Shown here: in pieces, positions 45,672-55,127 of the stretch
Numbering within the stretch: position 1 is the first letter of the stretch
Layout: each line of letters opens with the position of its first letter
Virus record (IMG/VR): IMGVR_UViG_3300045988_131228
Coordinates: 109,272 to 173,271 of that record
DNA from: a virus
DNA length: 64,000 nucleotides
Reading direction: 5' to 3' (one strand)
Program-made: the position numbers and the translations under genes
Notes under the pieces: model-generated
What the model was told of the DNA's origin: nothing
Database searches by the model: none
The model's input: only the letters and a program-made list of their open reading frames with translations

Positions 45672-45926
45672 TTACATACGTATTTTGCTCACATTTTCAT
45701 CTTTTGGCATTCTAAACGTAATATATTCAGAATCCCTTTTACAATAAGTTTTTTCAATTACATCTAAAACTTTTAACGCATTTTCTTCATTATATGCTCC
45801 CAATACTACTGAACTATTAGCATATGTAATTTCAATATTGTTTATATGCGAATTGATTCTTTTAATTGAAATTGTTTTTCCTGCAATATCTACTAATTTT
45901 GTTCTATCTTGACTTCTGATTAACAT
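45672..45926 (-). CDS. hypothetical phage protein (84 aa)
   Basis: ORF track; SD AAAGGAG. Confidence 0.55.
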   Translation of the reverse strand: MLIRSQDRTKLVDIAGKTISIKRINSHINNIEITYANSSVVLGAYNEENALKVLDVIEKTYCKRDSEYITFRMPKDENVSKIRM

Positions 45927-45957
45927 ATTTTCTCCTTTGAAATGCCAATTTCTTCTG

Positions 45958-46143
45958 CTAGCTCAATTTCTTACCACACATAGGGCAATAATTAATTTTA
46001 ACAACCAATCCATTTGAATCATATCCATGAATATCATATCCGTATGCAATAAGTTTTCTAGGATATTGAATTGCTATACCATAATCATTAGTTTTACCTA
46101 TTATAAGTGGAACACCTTTATCACAATATTTACATTTATTCAT
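45958..46143 (-). CDS. zinc-ribbon protein (61 aa)
   Basis: CKYC..CPMCG. Confidence 0.55.
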   Translation of the reverse strand: MNKCKYCDKGVPLIIGKTNDYGIAIQYPRKLIAYGYDIHGYDSNGLVVKINYCPMCGKKLS

Positions 46144-46158
46144 TTTTTTTATTTTCCA

Positions 46159-46458
46159 TTATTCAATACTTACTTTCTTTCCAGAATACATTTTCATCCG
46201 CTTCATCTTTTTAAGAAATAGTTTCATTTCGTATCCTGTAAGTCCTACACAAGTATTTCCAATTCCTTTATCATCTCCTAAATCTGGATCATAAGACTGC
46301 AAAATATGTCTACCAGATTTTTTGTGTAAAATGTCGACTTTTTGTGTAAAATTATATTTCTTATCTTTTCTTTCATAGCTACATCCATATTTATCTTCTT
46401 CAACTTTTGTAAATCCAATCTCTGCTATTTTCTCATCTACTGTTTTAAATAATTTCAT
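46159..46458 (-). CDS. hypothetical protein (99 aa), paralogue of 63103..63405
   Basis: Shared EIGF.K..Y.Y.R...KVDI..K...VGLT..EMKLFL.KM pattern. Confidence 0.55.
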   Translation of the reverse strand: MKLFKTVDEKIAEIGFTKVEEDKYGCSYERKDKKYNFTQKVDILHKKSGRHILQSYDPDLGDDKGIGNTCVGLTGYEMKLFLKKMKRMKMYSGKKVSIE

Positions 46459-46493
46459 TTTGTGTCCTCCATATTTTAATTTTTATCATGATG

Positions 46494-46880
46494 TTACTTT
46501 TTAAATCCAGAACTATACTCAAAATCATCATCATTGAATACAATAACTTCTTTATCACTCATACCACAAAATTCCATTTCATATTCTCTGATATAATTAT
46601 CCATAGATTTCTGATGCATCTCTCCGAAAAATGGATATGGAAATGTACTCACTTCATGGTTTTTGACTTTATTGTAATCAATTCCTTTTGACACACTGAT
46701 ATGTTTATCAAATGCTTCTTCGTTAATTCTTACCCAGTCTATAATTGAGTTCATATTGAATGTATAAGCTGTTTCAGATCCTCTAGTATACGAAACAAAA
46801 TCAATTACAAAATCTGTCCAGGGGTATTTCTTGCTTCTGAATATCATTCCTGTTTTATATTTCTCTTTATACTTTTTCAT
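46494..46880 (-). CDS. hypothetical phage protein (128 aa)
   Basis: ORF track. Confidence 0.55.
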   Translation of the reverse strand: MKKYKEKYKTGMIFRSKKYPWTDFVIDFVSYTRGSETAYTFNMNSIIDWVRINEEAFDKHISVSKGIDYNKVKNHEVSTFPYPFFGEMHQKSMDNYIREYEMEFCGMSDKEVIVFNDDDFEYSSGFKK

Positions 46881-47533
46881 TTACTCCTCTCATATTTCAT
46901 TCTTCTCTCTACTTCTTTATCATTTTCCTCATCATTAAAATACTTGTAAGCTAACATCATAGGATAATCAGAATCTTTAGCTCTTGGATATAACATATAT
47001 TCACACCAATTAACTTCTCCATCATCCCTAACCCAACTTGTCCCTTCGAATAAATTCAAGAAAACATTCTGATATGAATATTTTTCATTCTGCACAAAAT
47101 AATCTTTGATGATTGTAGACTTATTATATCCACTGATTTTTACAAGAATATTATCAATCATGACTCTTTTGCCTAATCGTACAAGCCATTTAATAAACTC
47201 TCTGTATGTTTCATCAAATTCTCTATCTCTCAAAGCAGCATCTACAACTAAGATGTATTCATCTTGTGTACGCAACATTCCTCTACTTCTTGTTCTCTCA
47301 CCATACCAATCAGTTAAATTATTAGTTCTTTCACCAAATTCATCACAAGAACAGGAACTATTATGTCCATTCTTTTGAATTACATATACATCCATATCTT
47401 TCTCTGAACCAGAAACTATCGGTAAATGTGCCAGGACGGTATCAAGAATATACCTTTTCTGAGCTTGTGTGCATCCTATGGGAGATACTGTTATTGTTCC
47501 TGTTATGTAAGTCCAATATGACATTATAATCAC
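46877..47533 (-). CDS. hypothetical phage protein (218 aa)
   Basis: ORF track. Confidence 0.6.
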   Translation of the reverse strand: MIIMSYWTYITGTITVSPIGCTQAQKRYILDTVLAHLPIVSGSEKDMDVYVIQKNGHNSSCSCDEFGERTNNLTDWYGERTRSRGMLRTQDEYILVVDAALRDREFDETYREFIKWLVRLGKRVMIDNILVKISGYNKSTIIKDYFVQNEKYSYQNVFLNLFEGTSWVRDDGEVNWCEYMLYPRAKDSDYPMMLAYKYFNDEENDKEVERRMKYERSK

Positions 47534-47715
47534 TCACTTTCGTTATTATCTTCTGGTTGATTGAAGTAAATTCTGTCGATAATCTCATAAACTTCATCAA
47601 CATCAAATGTTTCTACTTCTGGAAAATATTTTCCGTTACAAATTCCACCGTGATAACGACTTGCATTATTATTCAACCTGTCTATTAATTCATTTCTAAA
47701 TTCAACTGTTGTCAC
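47530..47715 (-). CDS. hypothetical small protein (61 aa, GTG start)
   Basis: ORF track; AGGAGG 9 nt before the GTG. Confidence 0.55.
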   Translation of the reverse strand: MTTVEFRNELIDRLNNNASRYHGGICNGKYFPEVETFDVDEVYEIIDRIYFNQPEDNNESE

Positions 47716-47752
47716 TTTATCGCACCTCCTGAAAGCAATATTTCATATGTCG

Positions 47753-47926
47753 CTATATTCTCTGTTTTAATAATTTTGCCGTACTCTCAATTCTTTCAAG
47801 TAATGCCTTGTTATATTCATCAGGGATATGTCCTTTTAATAATCCTAATACACAAAATTTAATATCTCCTAATTCTTCCATAATTGTCATCTGGTTTTCT
47901 AAAATTTCTCTAAATGCTGAGTTCAT
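47753..47926 (-). CDS. hypothetical small protein (57 aa)
   Basis: Own translation: MNSAFREILENQMTIMEELGDIKFCVLGLLKGHIPDEYNKALLERIESTAKLLKQRI; SD AAAGGA. Confidence 0.45.
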   Translation of the reverse strand: MNSAFREILENQMTIMEELGDIKFCVLGLLKGHIPDEYNKALLERIESTAKLLKQRI

Positions 47927-48056
47927 AAAATAATCCTTTCTATAAATTTAATATTAATTTTTAATTATCCATTTTGGAAATATCGACTTGAACAAGTCAT
48001 AGAAACATGATATGATTTTCTACATAGATCACTGGTCTTGATCTATTCCAATAACT

Positions 48057-48386
48057 CTACTGATTGTCCACAACGTCAGTAGAGTTTTCTTTATGTACAG
48101 CAAAGCTATTTATATATTCTCTAAATTCTTCAAAATCTTCTTTAGAAAATATAGCCGATGCGTAGTAATAATCTTGATTGAATAAGATTGCAAAGATTTT
48201 TCGGAACTTTCTTCCTAATGTCCTAAAGAATCCGTTATCTTGATCACGATAAAAGCTACCATTCGTATATGTCATATACATATAATCTTCAAAATCTTTA
48301 TCAATCTTAAAGTGGATTCCATCATCACATCCACATCTACAAGTTAAAATCAACTCTTTACCATCTTCTGTTCTTAATACCGCCAC
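48057..48386 (-). CDS. hypothetical phage protein (109 aa, GTG start)
   Basis: ORF track; AGGAGG 8 nt before the GTG. Confidence 0.55.
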   Translation of the reverse strand: MAVLRTEDGKELILTCRCGCDDGIHFKIDKDFEDYMYMTYTNGSFYRDQDNGFFRTLGRKFRKIFAILFNQDYYYASAIFSKEDFEEFREYINSFAVHKENSTDVVDNQ

Positions 48387-48540
48387 CGCTATATCCTCCT
48401 AAATCTTCAATATTTAATTTTTGTCCTGTTAAAACTTTCCAAACATAATTCTGAATACGTTTTTCAATATGTTCTTTTAATTCTTTCTCTTTATCCATCA
48501 ATAATCTCCCAAATATCCTGTGATAACTTCTATCATCCAC
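48358..48540 (-). CDS. hypothetical small protein (probably starts at internal ATG 48498)
   Basis: ORF track. Confidence 0.45.
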   Translation of the reverse strand: MDDRSYHRIFGRLLMDKEKELKEHIEKRIQNYVWKVLTGQKLNIEDLGGYSGGGIKNRRW

Positions 48541-48758
48541 AATAATTCATACCATACAATAGGTGCAAAAAAGCATTTTAAAAGCGAAATTGCTAATAAT
48601 TTGACCGAAAATGCCCCTGCTGCAATGGAAAATAATAGATGAAAGACGGGTTTCATGAACAAAAATCCCCATGAAATTATCACGTTTGCTACCATCCCAC
48701 CCAGAAAAACAATCCAACCTAACTTCCTACGAAATTTATGTATCTTTTCTTTATTCAT
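48498..48758 (-). CDS. membrane protein (86 aa)
   Basis: ORF track; 2-3 hydrophobic helices. Confidence 0.55.
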   Translation of the reverse strand: MNKEKIHKFRRKLGWIVFLGGMVANVIISWGFLFMKPVFHLLFSIAAGAFSVKLLAISLLKCFFAPIVWYELLWMIEVITGYLGDY

Positions 48759-49345
48759 TACTCTCCAATCAGCTCCTTATATACTTTTAATTTCTCAGCT
48801 AACTCAGGATTATCATTTGCATACATCTCATATCGCTTTGTCTGATCCATTTCTGTAATCATTTTATCCATCTGTTTCTTAATCTTATCTGCTTCTTTCT
48901 TACATTCTGCTTTCTCTTTGCGTTCTTCCATACGTTTATCATATGCTGATGTATCAACTTTGCAGATAACTTCTGCGGTAATACTTGCATTACATTCCTC
49001 TGGTGTAAGAATTTCCTCAATTGTAAGGATATCTTTGTTTGAGCCACTTACTACAATTTTGTCTCCTGCTTTATATACTTTTCCATCATCATAAATTGCG
49101 TATGAATATTTCTTTCCGTAGCATCCTTCTTTTGTTACTGCGACCGCCTTATATCCTTCTAATTTCGCCATATCATTATCCTCACTTTCAATTATTACAA
49201 CATCTTTTTTATATAGGTAAAGAATTATCCCATTGTCAAATTCAATCTGTACAATATCTGCATTTTCTTTAACAATTATCCCCTCTTTATAAAACATGCC
49301 ATAAACATTACCAATGTATTTAACCCTAAGTCCTACACAACTCAA
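48758..49345 (-). CDS. hypothetical phage protein (195 aa) with C-terminal coiled coil
   Basis: ORF track. Confidence 0.55.
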   Translation of the reverse strand: MSCVGLRVKYIGNVYGMFYKEGIIVKENADIVQIEFDNGIILYLYKKDVVIIESEDNDMAKLEGYKAVAVTKEGCYGKKYSYAIYDDGKVYKAGDKIVVSGSNKDILTIEEILTPEECNASITAEVICKVDTSAYDKRMEERKEKAECKKEADKIKKQMDKMITEMDQTKRYEMYANDNPELAEKLKVYKELIGE

Positions 49346-50145
49346 TTATTTACACCTTCTTTCAATCTCAACAATAATTTTACGTGGGTGTTGTCGTGAA
49401 TATCGACATCGAAATCTTGTTTGATTTTACTAGATGTAAATGGTAAGATATAATCTTCAAAATATATAATTTCATATTTATATGTAGGAATTTTACTAAG
49501 TAATTGTTCAAGAGTAATTGGAAAATAGTTTTCTCTCACTTCTCTATCCCAATTATCTTTATATCTATATTTCATGAGATAATGAATCAAATTCCTGTTA
49601 TCTCGTAAACTTCCCCATATTGATTCATAATCCATTATCTGTAATTCGTCTGCTCCCCTGATTACTTTTGTATAATCATTAATATCGCTCTGCCTATTGA
49701 CTGATCTACTTACACAAAAATCTCTGATAGCTATGTATCCATAATCATATCCAAAAACATTATTCCAAAACTTATCAATTCCATTAATATTTGAATAAGA
49801 ATATACTTCATGAATCACGCTTGATAAATTTAATAATGTTTTATTTGGGTTATTTTCTTTCAAAGATTCTTTTAAATCACTTACATATTGAATGTTTTCT
49901 AGTTCATGAGGTGTCCTTGTTCCCGCAAGAGAAATCATAGCCTTGCTATTATCATATCCTATATATTGTAAATCTGGCATTTCACTATTCATTTCTCTAA
50001 TTAATGTGCCATCAGCACATCCAAAATCAACAACAGTGTTAATCTTCTCAATTTTACTCATCCAAAATAGTTTATCTGCGCTTGATTTCCCCATTCCTGA
50101 TGTATAAGAATCATAATTCCTAATAATTTCTTCCACTATTTGCAC
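49342..50145 (-). CDS. class I SAM-dependent methyltransferase (substrate unknown)
   Basis: Motif I VVDFGCADGTL; the start is either GTG 50145 or GTG 50136. Confidence 0.6.
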   Translation of the reverse strand: MQIVEEIIRNYDSYTSGMGKSSADKLFWMSKIEKINTVVDFGCADGTLIREMNSEMPDLQYIGYDNSKAMISLAGTRTPHELENIQYVSDLKESLKENNPNKTLLNLSSVIHEVYSYSNINGIDKFWNNVFGYDYGYIAIRDFCVSRSVNRQSDINDYTKVIRGADELQIMDYESIWGSLRDNRNLIHYLMKYRYKDNWDREVRENYFPITLEQLLSKIPTYKYEIIYFEDYILPFTSSKIKQDFDVDIHDNTHVKLLLRLKEGVNN

Positions 50146-50312
50146 CTCTTTTCTTCTGCTAATTTAAGCCATCTCAACAATTTTTCTTCTTCTCGCAACA
50201 TTTCAGAATACATTTTGATAATCTGATCCTGTTCCTTATAAAACTGTCGTACATATCGAGGAAAATTATATCCAAACAACCACATAATTATTTTTTTCTT
50301 AATCCATGTCAT
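50136..50312 (-). CDS. hypothetical small protein (58 aa)
   Basis: Own translation: MTWIKKKIIMWLFGYNFPRYVRQFYKEQDQIIKMYSEMLREEEKLLRWLKLAEEKRCK. Confidence 0.45.
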   Translation of the reverse strand: MTWIKKKIIMWLFGYNFPRYVRQFYKEQDQIIKMYSEMLREEEKLLRWLKLAEEKRCK

Positions 50313-50318
50313 AATTTA

Positions 50319-50639
50319 TCACCCACTATAATTTTCCCCGTAAATTGCGATTTCTGGTTTACCATTTTCATCTAATACATAATATGGCGTAATGCCACTA
50401 TCAACATCACCATTTAAGAGAACATATACAATTTTAGTTTCTGTATCATAAAGAAAAAATTCATCAATTAACATGTCACACATAGGATCTCTAAATCTTA
50501 TTTTTTTAATCTCAACAAACTGACCAAATATATGATATTTATTTCCTTCTTTAGTAATTGTTCCATTATCGCCACATCCAGTAAACGAAAGTGCTAATCC
50601 AGATACAAGCAATCCAATTAATAGTTTCTTAACTTTCAT
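50319..50639 (-). CDS. lipoprotein (106 aa)
   Basis: Signal peptide plus lipobox MKVKKLLIGLLVSGLALSFTGC. Confidence 0.7.
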   Translation of the reverse strand: MKVKKLLIGLLVSGLALSFTGCGDNGTITKEGNKYHIFGQFVEIKKIRFRDPMCDMLIDEFFLYDTETKIVYVLLNGDVDSGITPYYVLDENGKPEIAIYGENYSG

Positions 50640-50875
50640 TTAATCACCATCCTTTTCTTTAGTTCATTCAGTAAATCATCATTAGAAAGTTGCTCTACAA
50701 TTTCCTCTTTAAAACAGGTTTCAACTGTATAACACAATTCCCCATCTTGGTCTGTATATACATCGCTTATCCATGATGTTCTTTTCGATGGCACTTGAAA
50801 AATTGTTAGTTCACTATCTTTTGCCTGTAATAACACAATCACTTCATTTCTATCACTCTTTATTTTAATTTTCAT
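50636..50875 (-). CDS. hypothetical phage protein (79 aa)
   Basis: ORF track. Confidence 0.55.
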   Translation of the reverse strand: MKIKIKSDRNEVIVLLQAKDSELTIFQVPSKRTSWISDVYTDQDGELCYTVETCFKEEIVEQLSNDDLLNELKKRMVIK

Positions 50876-50922
50876 ACGATTACCTCCTTAAAAATTCTAT
50901 CACCATATCATTTTTGATTATT

Positions 50923-51156
50923 CTATTCATGTACTCTCTCTTCTATTTTTAATAGATCGTATTTTTCATGAATATCATTTAAAAATTCATTAAATATTAA
51001 ATCAACTGCACATCCAAAACCTTCACAAAAATCATTATTAATTTCTTCTGTAAAATATTCATCATATTCATTTTTCAGCATATATTTTTTAATGAGTCGT
51101 TTTGATTGTTTTGGCTTACCATAGACATATCTCGGTATGTGATTCATAGTATTCAA
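50923..51156 (-). CDS. hypothetical phage protein (74-77 aa)
   Basis: ORF track (TTG); ATG three codons in is an alternative start. Confidence 0.5.
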   Translation of the reverse strand: MNTMNHIPRYVYGKPKQSKRLIKKYMLKNEYDEYFTEEINNDFCEGFGCAVDLIFNEFLNDIHEKYDLLKIEERVHE

Positions 51157-51535
51157 AATATAATTATGAATATAATCTAATTTATAAAATTCATTTTCAA
51201 ATTCCTTACTTATTGTATCTCACTTCTTTTCTTTGAAACTCAAGTTTTAATAAAACAAGTCTTTCATCTACGTTTTTAAATTTATCACACTGACTCTCTT
51301 TCATTTCTTCTCCATGAAAACCCAATTGTAAATAACATTTATTAAGTATATTGCAGGTATCATAATCAACATAATATTATAAATCAATTCTATCATTCTT
51401 AATTACTCCTAAAACTCACATTTTATCTATGTTTTTGATATATTTTTAAAACTTTCAAATTTCATATGACAATACGTTTCAAGTTTTGTAGCTATGTCAA
51501 ATTAAATAGTTATCGTGTATATTACATAGCTTTTA

Positions 51536-51575
51536 GTGAGTGCTTAACCTCACCTTTCAGGTGCAAAATCACCTG
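51536..51575 (-). promoter_or_regulatory. three mutually exclusive short hairpins in a ~190-nt non-coding leader
   Basis: CAGGTG/CACCTG (51558..51575), CACCT/AGGTG (51551..51563) and GTGAG/CTCAC (51536..51553) share arms. Confidence 0.4.
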
Positions 51576-51610
51576 TACATTTCTGCAATGACGTGAATGA
51601 AACCACGCTT

Positions 51611-51802
51611 TTATCCTGTCTCCTCAAATATATTTCCAATCTGGTGACCAATCATCTTTCTATCCTTTATCTTCTTACATTTCGTGCATCGACATTTACC
51701 AATCACAACTTCTAACCCACTATAATTATACTTTAAATGTCGTGGCTTTTCGATTAATACCCAGTTATGATTACACATTAGTTGATCCATCCTTACTATC
51801 AT
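51611..51802 (-). CDS. zinc-ribbon small protein (63 aa)
   Basis: CNHNW..CRCTKC. Confidence 0.5.
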   Translation of the reverse strand: MIVRMDQLMCNHNWVLIEKPRHLKYNYSGLEVVIGKCRCTKCKKIKDRKMIGHQIGNIFEETG

Positions 51803-52358
51803 ATTTTAATAATTCTCCATTCCTATAAATCTTCTGTGAGCATACTTTTTTAATACATAAACTGGTATCAAAATTAGATTTTAATTCCACTTTAGTTACA
51901 ACAACAGGTGCAACTCCAAATCTTGTACCACAATAGATTACATCACCTTTTTGTAACATAAGACTCATATATCCCCATGCTTGCGGTAATCTCCAAACGT
52001 ATTCTTTATTGTCTTTACTATTAGGATGTTTTCCGTATACATAAGCAGTTGGTTTTTCCTTGTATGTAACAACGTGTTTAGGTGAAATCAATCGTCCATA
52101 CTTTTTACGTTGCTTATCAGTATAAGTATGTTTTCTTAATGTCAAACGTTTTACATTACCATATTCCACATCATGATTTTTCAATACTAAATACATTATA
52201 TAACCATCTACTAAAACATTCTTCTCATCTACTACTATGTACCTATCCTGATTTCCTGTTTTGTTATAGTAATTTTCACATTTATTATATTTATATGTAT
52301 TTGGAATACTGCTTTCAAAATCCGCAGAAATTTTAATTTCTGAAAGTCTCATGTTCAT
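51771..52358 (-). CDS. hypothetical protein with possible ParB/Srx-like N-terminal domain
   Basis: LSEIKISADF..YIVVDEKNVLVDGYIMYLVLK resembles the ParB N-domain layout but lacks the GxxR/HR residues. Confidence 0.35.
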   Translation of the reverse strand: MNMRLSEIKISADFESSIPNTYKYNKCENYYNKTGNQDRYIVVDEKNVLVDGYIMYLVLKNHDVEYGNVKRLTLRKHTYTDKQRKKYGRLISPKHVVTYKEKPTAYVYGKHPNSKDNKEYVWRLPQAWGYMSLMLQKGDVIYCGTRFGVAPVVVTKVELKSNFDTSLCIKKVCSQKIYRNGELLKYDSKDGSTNV

Positions 52359-52373
52359 ATGTAATCTCCCTTA

Positions 52374-52820
52374 TTAATCTACTTTCTCTTTAAAATTGAT
52401 AAATCCTTCTTCTGCACAAATTCCGTCATGTGCTTTCCAATAGTAATCTTCATAGAATTTACATCTATTAAAATTACAATGTTCACATTTATGACACGAC
52501 CTCAATTGTAGCCCCTGTGTTTCGTTTATATGTGATAATGCAATATCTTTAAATCGTGTAACTGATTCTGTTGCCGTTTCCAATAACGCATCGGAATACA
52601 TTTTTGTTATTTTCTTCTCTATTTTCTCAAATGCACTATTGATTGTTTCGGTATAATCTTCTGGATAAAACAGATAATAGTCATATGCACGTAAATCTGA
52701 TGCTATTCTGTCCACAATCAAATCTCCAATACGTTTCTTAATATCTTCAACATTATTTTCTCCAAGAAGATAATCGAGTTCTGATAAGTTTTTCTTTACT
52801 TCATTTACTGTATCTTTCAT
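52374..52820 (-). CDS. helical protein with C-terminal Cys cluster (148 aa)
   Basis: CHKCEHCNFNRC..C. Confidence 0.5.
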   Translation of the reverse strand: MKDTVNEVKKNLSELDYLLGENNVEDIKKRIGDLIVDRIASDLRAYDYYLFYPEDYTETINSAFEKIEKKITKMYSDALLETATESVTRFKDIALSHINETQGLQLRSCHKCEHCNFNRCKFYEDYYWKAHDGICAEEGFINFKEKVD

Positions 52821-55090
52821 TATGCAACTGCTCCTTTATTAAAAGTAATCAAATCGTTTCTCATATTGAGATAGTTCTTTTTTTGATCAATATCATATGT
52901 ATCAACTCTTTTAAAATAATTCTCAAACCATTCTTCGTAATTTTCATCCTGCATATACGCATATGCGATAACTGCAATTAAAGATTTTCTGTTTACATCA
53001 TCAAGTAACTTAGACTGTACATCTTTTGTAATGGTATTTAAGTCGTCTTCATAATAAGAAACATCAATGTCTGTTACGTTCTTATCAACACATTCTTTCA
53101 CAAAATCTAATGTATCGTTATCTACTACTTCTCCTTCAACGTGTTCAATTTCTACATTTCCAATTGCTGAATACTCTGTTACTTCTGCAATAATTGGTTT
53201 CTCAGGTGATTCTTCAACTACTTCTGTGTCAAATAAATCATTTTCAACTGTTTCTGGTTCTGATTCTTCTGTGATTTCCTCAACAGAATCTTCGATATGT
53301 AAGTATTCTTTCATCAGAGTAAGCAAATGATTGAATCTTTTTGTTACGGAAGAACGATCCTTTGTTCCTTTCTGCCCATTTAAACAATCGTATGTAATGC
53401 CATCAATTTCTTTATTATGTAATGTCTCTTTAAATTCCTGAATAAATCCATTAAATTTATCATCTTCAATGTCATATTCTAAAAATTTATCAAATAAAGC
53501 AAACCATAAAAATGAATTTTTATTATTAAAAATATCTGATGTATCACCTCTTAACACATTAAATAACTTCTCCAATGTCAAATAAAAATCAATAAATACT
53601 GATTCATTTGCATTTTCAGTTAAGTAAGCACACATTTTACCAAAATCTTTATCAAAATGGCTAAGATATTTAGATGTCATTATTGCTTCAATAATAATTC
53701 TTCTAAGTGATCCATTCTTAATATTCGTATTTGAATAACTTGACTTATCACAATCAACTTTAAAGAAGTCCATCTTTAAAATCTTATCTACATATTCAGC
53801 ATAGGATTCTTCTAATCCTAGCCATCCTGACTGAGAAACGTTCATTGGTCTACATCTGTTGAATCGTGCAATATCATAAGCAATATCTTTCTTTGTACAA
53901 TTCAAATTGAGCATTACAGGAACTTGATAATCTCTAAATTTGTCTTGTAATTCTTCTGGCAACTGAGAAAATTTCTTTCCACGAATATCAAACGTTTTAC
54001 TTTCAGGTATTGGAAATCCATCTTCATTCAAAATCACATTTCCATCTTCATCTGTTTTGTCGCTCTGATATTCAATCATATATCTCTGTACATTTTTGGA
54101 AATTGCAAATCCATCTTCCAGATAATCTTTTAAATTTGTAGAACGCTGTTTTCCATCAATTAACCAATGCATTATAATTCCAGCTTTAATTTCTTCTGAA
54201 ATTACAATCTGTAAAAGTGAATTACCTTGTAAAATATCAGAAATTAATTCACTTTTTGTAAGTAAACTCCATTGTCCAGAAGTTCTTTGCAACGGATGGT
54301 TGTCTCTTAATCTGTGCTGCCTTAACTGTTTACTAAGAGATTCTATTGAATAACTGGTAGACTTCGTTCTTTCTGATGTTGTTGTTTTTGTTTCCATTGG
54401 TAATTCCTCCTCAATATTTGCATTCTCACATTCTTCCGTTTTTAGAAGTTGTCTTTTTTCATACTCTTTCATATCAGAAAGATATGTATTATATTCTTTG
54501 TCCGAAAGCTTTAATATGCTTTTGATCTCCGTAGAATTACATCCTTGCATTATTAAATCTGCAATTTTGCGCTCTATACACCCAAGAGAAGCAATATATT
54601 TGACTACATTTTCTCCAAGATTTAATAGTTCTCCTGCATCAATACTGCTTTCTATATCAAAATCAGAAGGAATTATATCAATCACCTTTGTTTTTCCATC
54701 GTCAGACATGAGATTATCTAATGATGTTGGATAAATATATTCCTTAATTTCCTTTCCATCTTCTATCTTTGTTACGATTTTACAACGCTTTTGTCTGTTT
54801 TTTCTTGTAATATGCATCTTAACTTTTCTGGAAATTGCAAAATATATAAATCCATTGAATTTATCTTTATCAAAATCTTCAATTCCTTTATCTAATTGAC
54901 TTTTGATATATTTTGTAATCTCTAAATTTGCTATAGAATAACATTCATCCCTGTCAATATCGGTGATACCACCAAACTGTTTTAGAATTTTATCTACAAC
55001 ATTATGTAATTTCTTTGCTGATTCTTCTGGTTTATCCTCATTTACTTTATAATAAGATTCCAGAATGTCTTTGTAGTGCATTCGTATCAC
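52820..55090 (-). CDS. fusion protein: sigma-70-like N-terminal region + DUF262 (ParB-fold, GmrSD N-domain type) + acidic/helical C-terminal region
   Basis: Residues ~50-100 resemble sigma region 2 (FNGFIYFAISRKVKMHITRKNRQKR). ~165-215 resemble a region-4 HTH (IERKIADLIMQGCNSTEIKSILKLSDKEY). DUF262 signatures: HPLQR..W, ISDILQG, LIDGKQRST. No HNH/DUF1524 motif seen. Confidence 0.55.
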   Translation of the reverse strand: MIRMHYKDILESYYKVNEDKPEESAKKLHNVVDKILKQFGGITDIDRDECYSIANLEITKYIKSQLDKGIEDFDKDKFNGFIYFAISRKVKMHITRKNRQKRCKIVTKIEDGKEIKEYIYPTSLDNLMSDDGKTKVIDIIPSDFDIESSIDAGELLNLGENVVKYIASLGCIERKIADLIMQGCNSTEIKSILKLSDKEYNTYLSDMKEYEKRQLLKTEECENANIEEELPMETKTTTSERTKSTSYSIESLSKQLRQHRLRDNHPLQRTSGQWSLLTKSELISDILQGNSLLQIVISEEIKAGIIMHWLIDGKQRSTNLKDYLEDGFAISKNVQRYMIEYQSDKTDEDGNVILNEDGFPIPESKTFDIRGKKFSQLPEELQDKFRDYQVPVMLNLNCTKKDIAYDIARFNRCRPMNVSQSGWLGLEESYAEYVDKILKMDFFKVDCDKSSYSNTNIKNGSLRRIIIEAIMTSKYLSHFDKDFGKMCAYLTENANESVFIDFYLTLEKLFNVLRGDTSDIFNNKNSFLWFALFDKFLEYDIEDDKFNGFIQEFKETLHNKEIDGITYDCLNGQKGTKDRSSVTKRFNHLLTLMKEYLHIEDSVEEITEESEPETVENDLFDTEVVEESPEKPIIAEVTEYSAIGNVEIEHVEGEVVDNDTLDFVKECVDKNVTDIDVSYYEDDLNTITKDVQSKLLDDVNRKSLIAVIAYAYMQDENYEEWFENYFKRVDTYDIDQKKNYLNMRNDLITFNKGAVA

Positions 55091-55127
55091 CGATCCTCTC
55101 TGTTGATATGCTGTAATTATGTAATAA

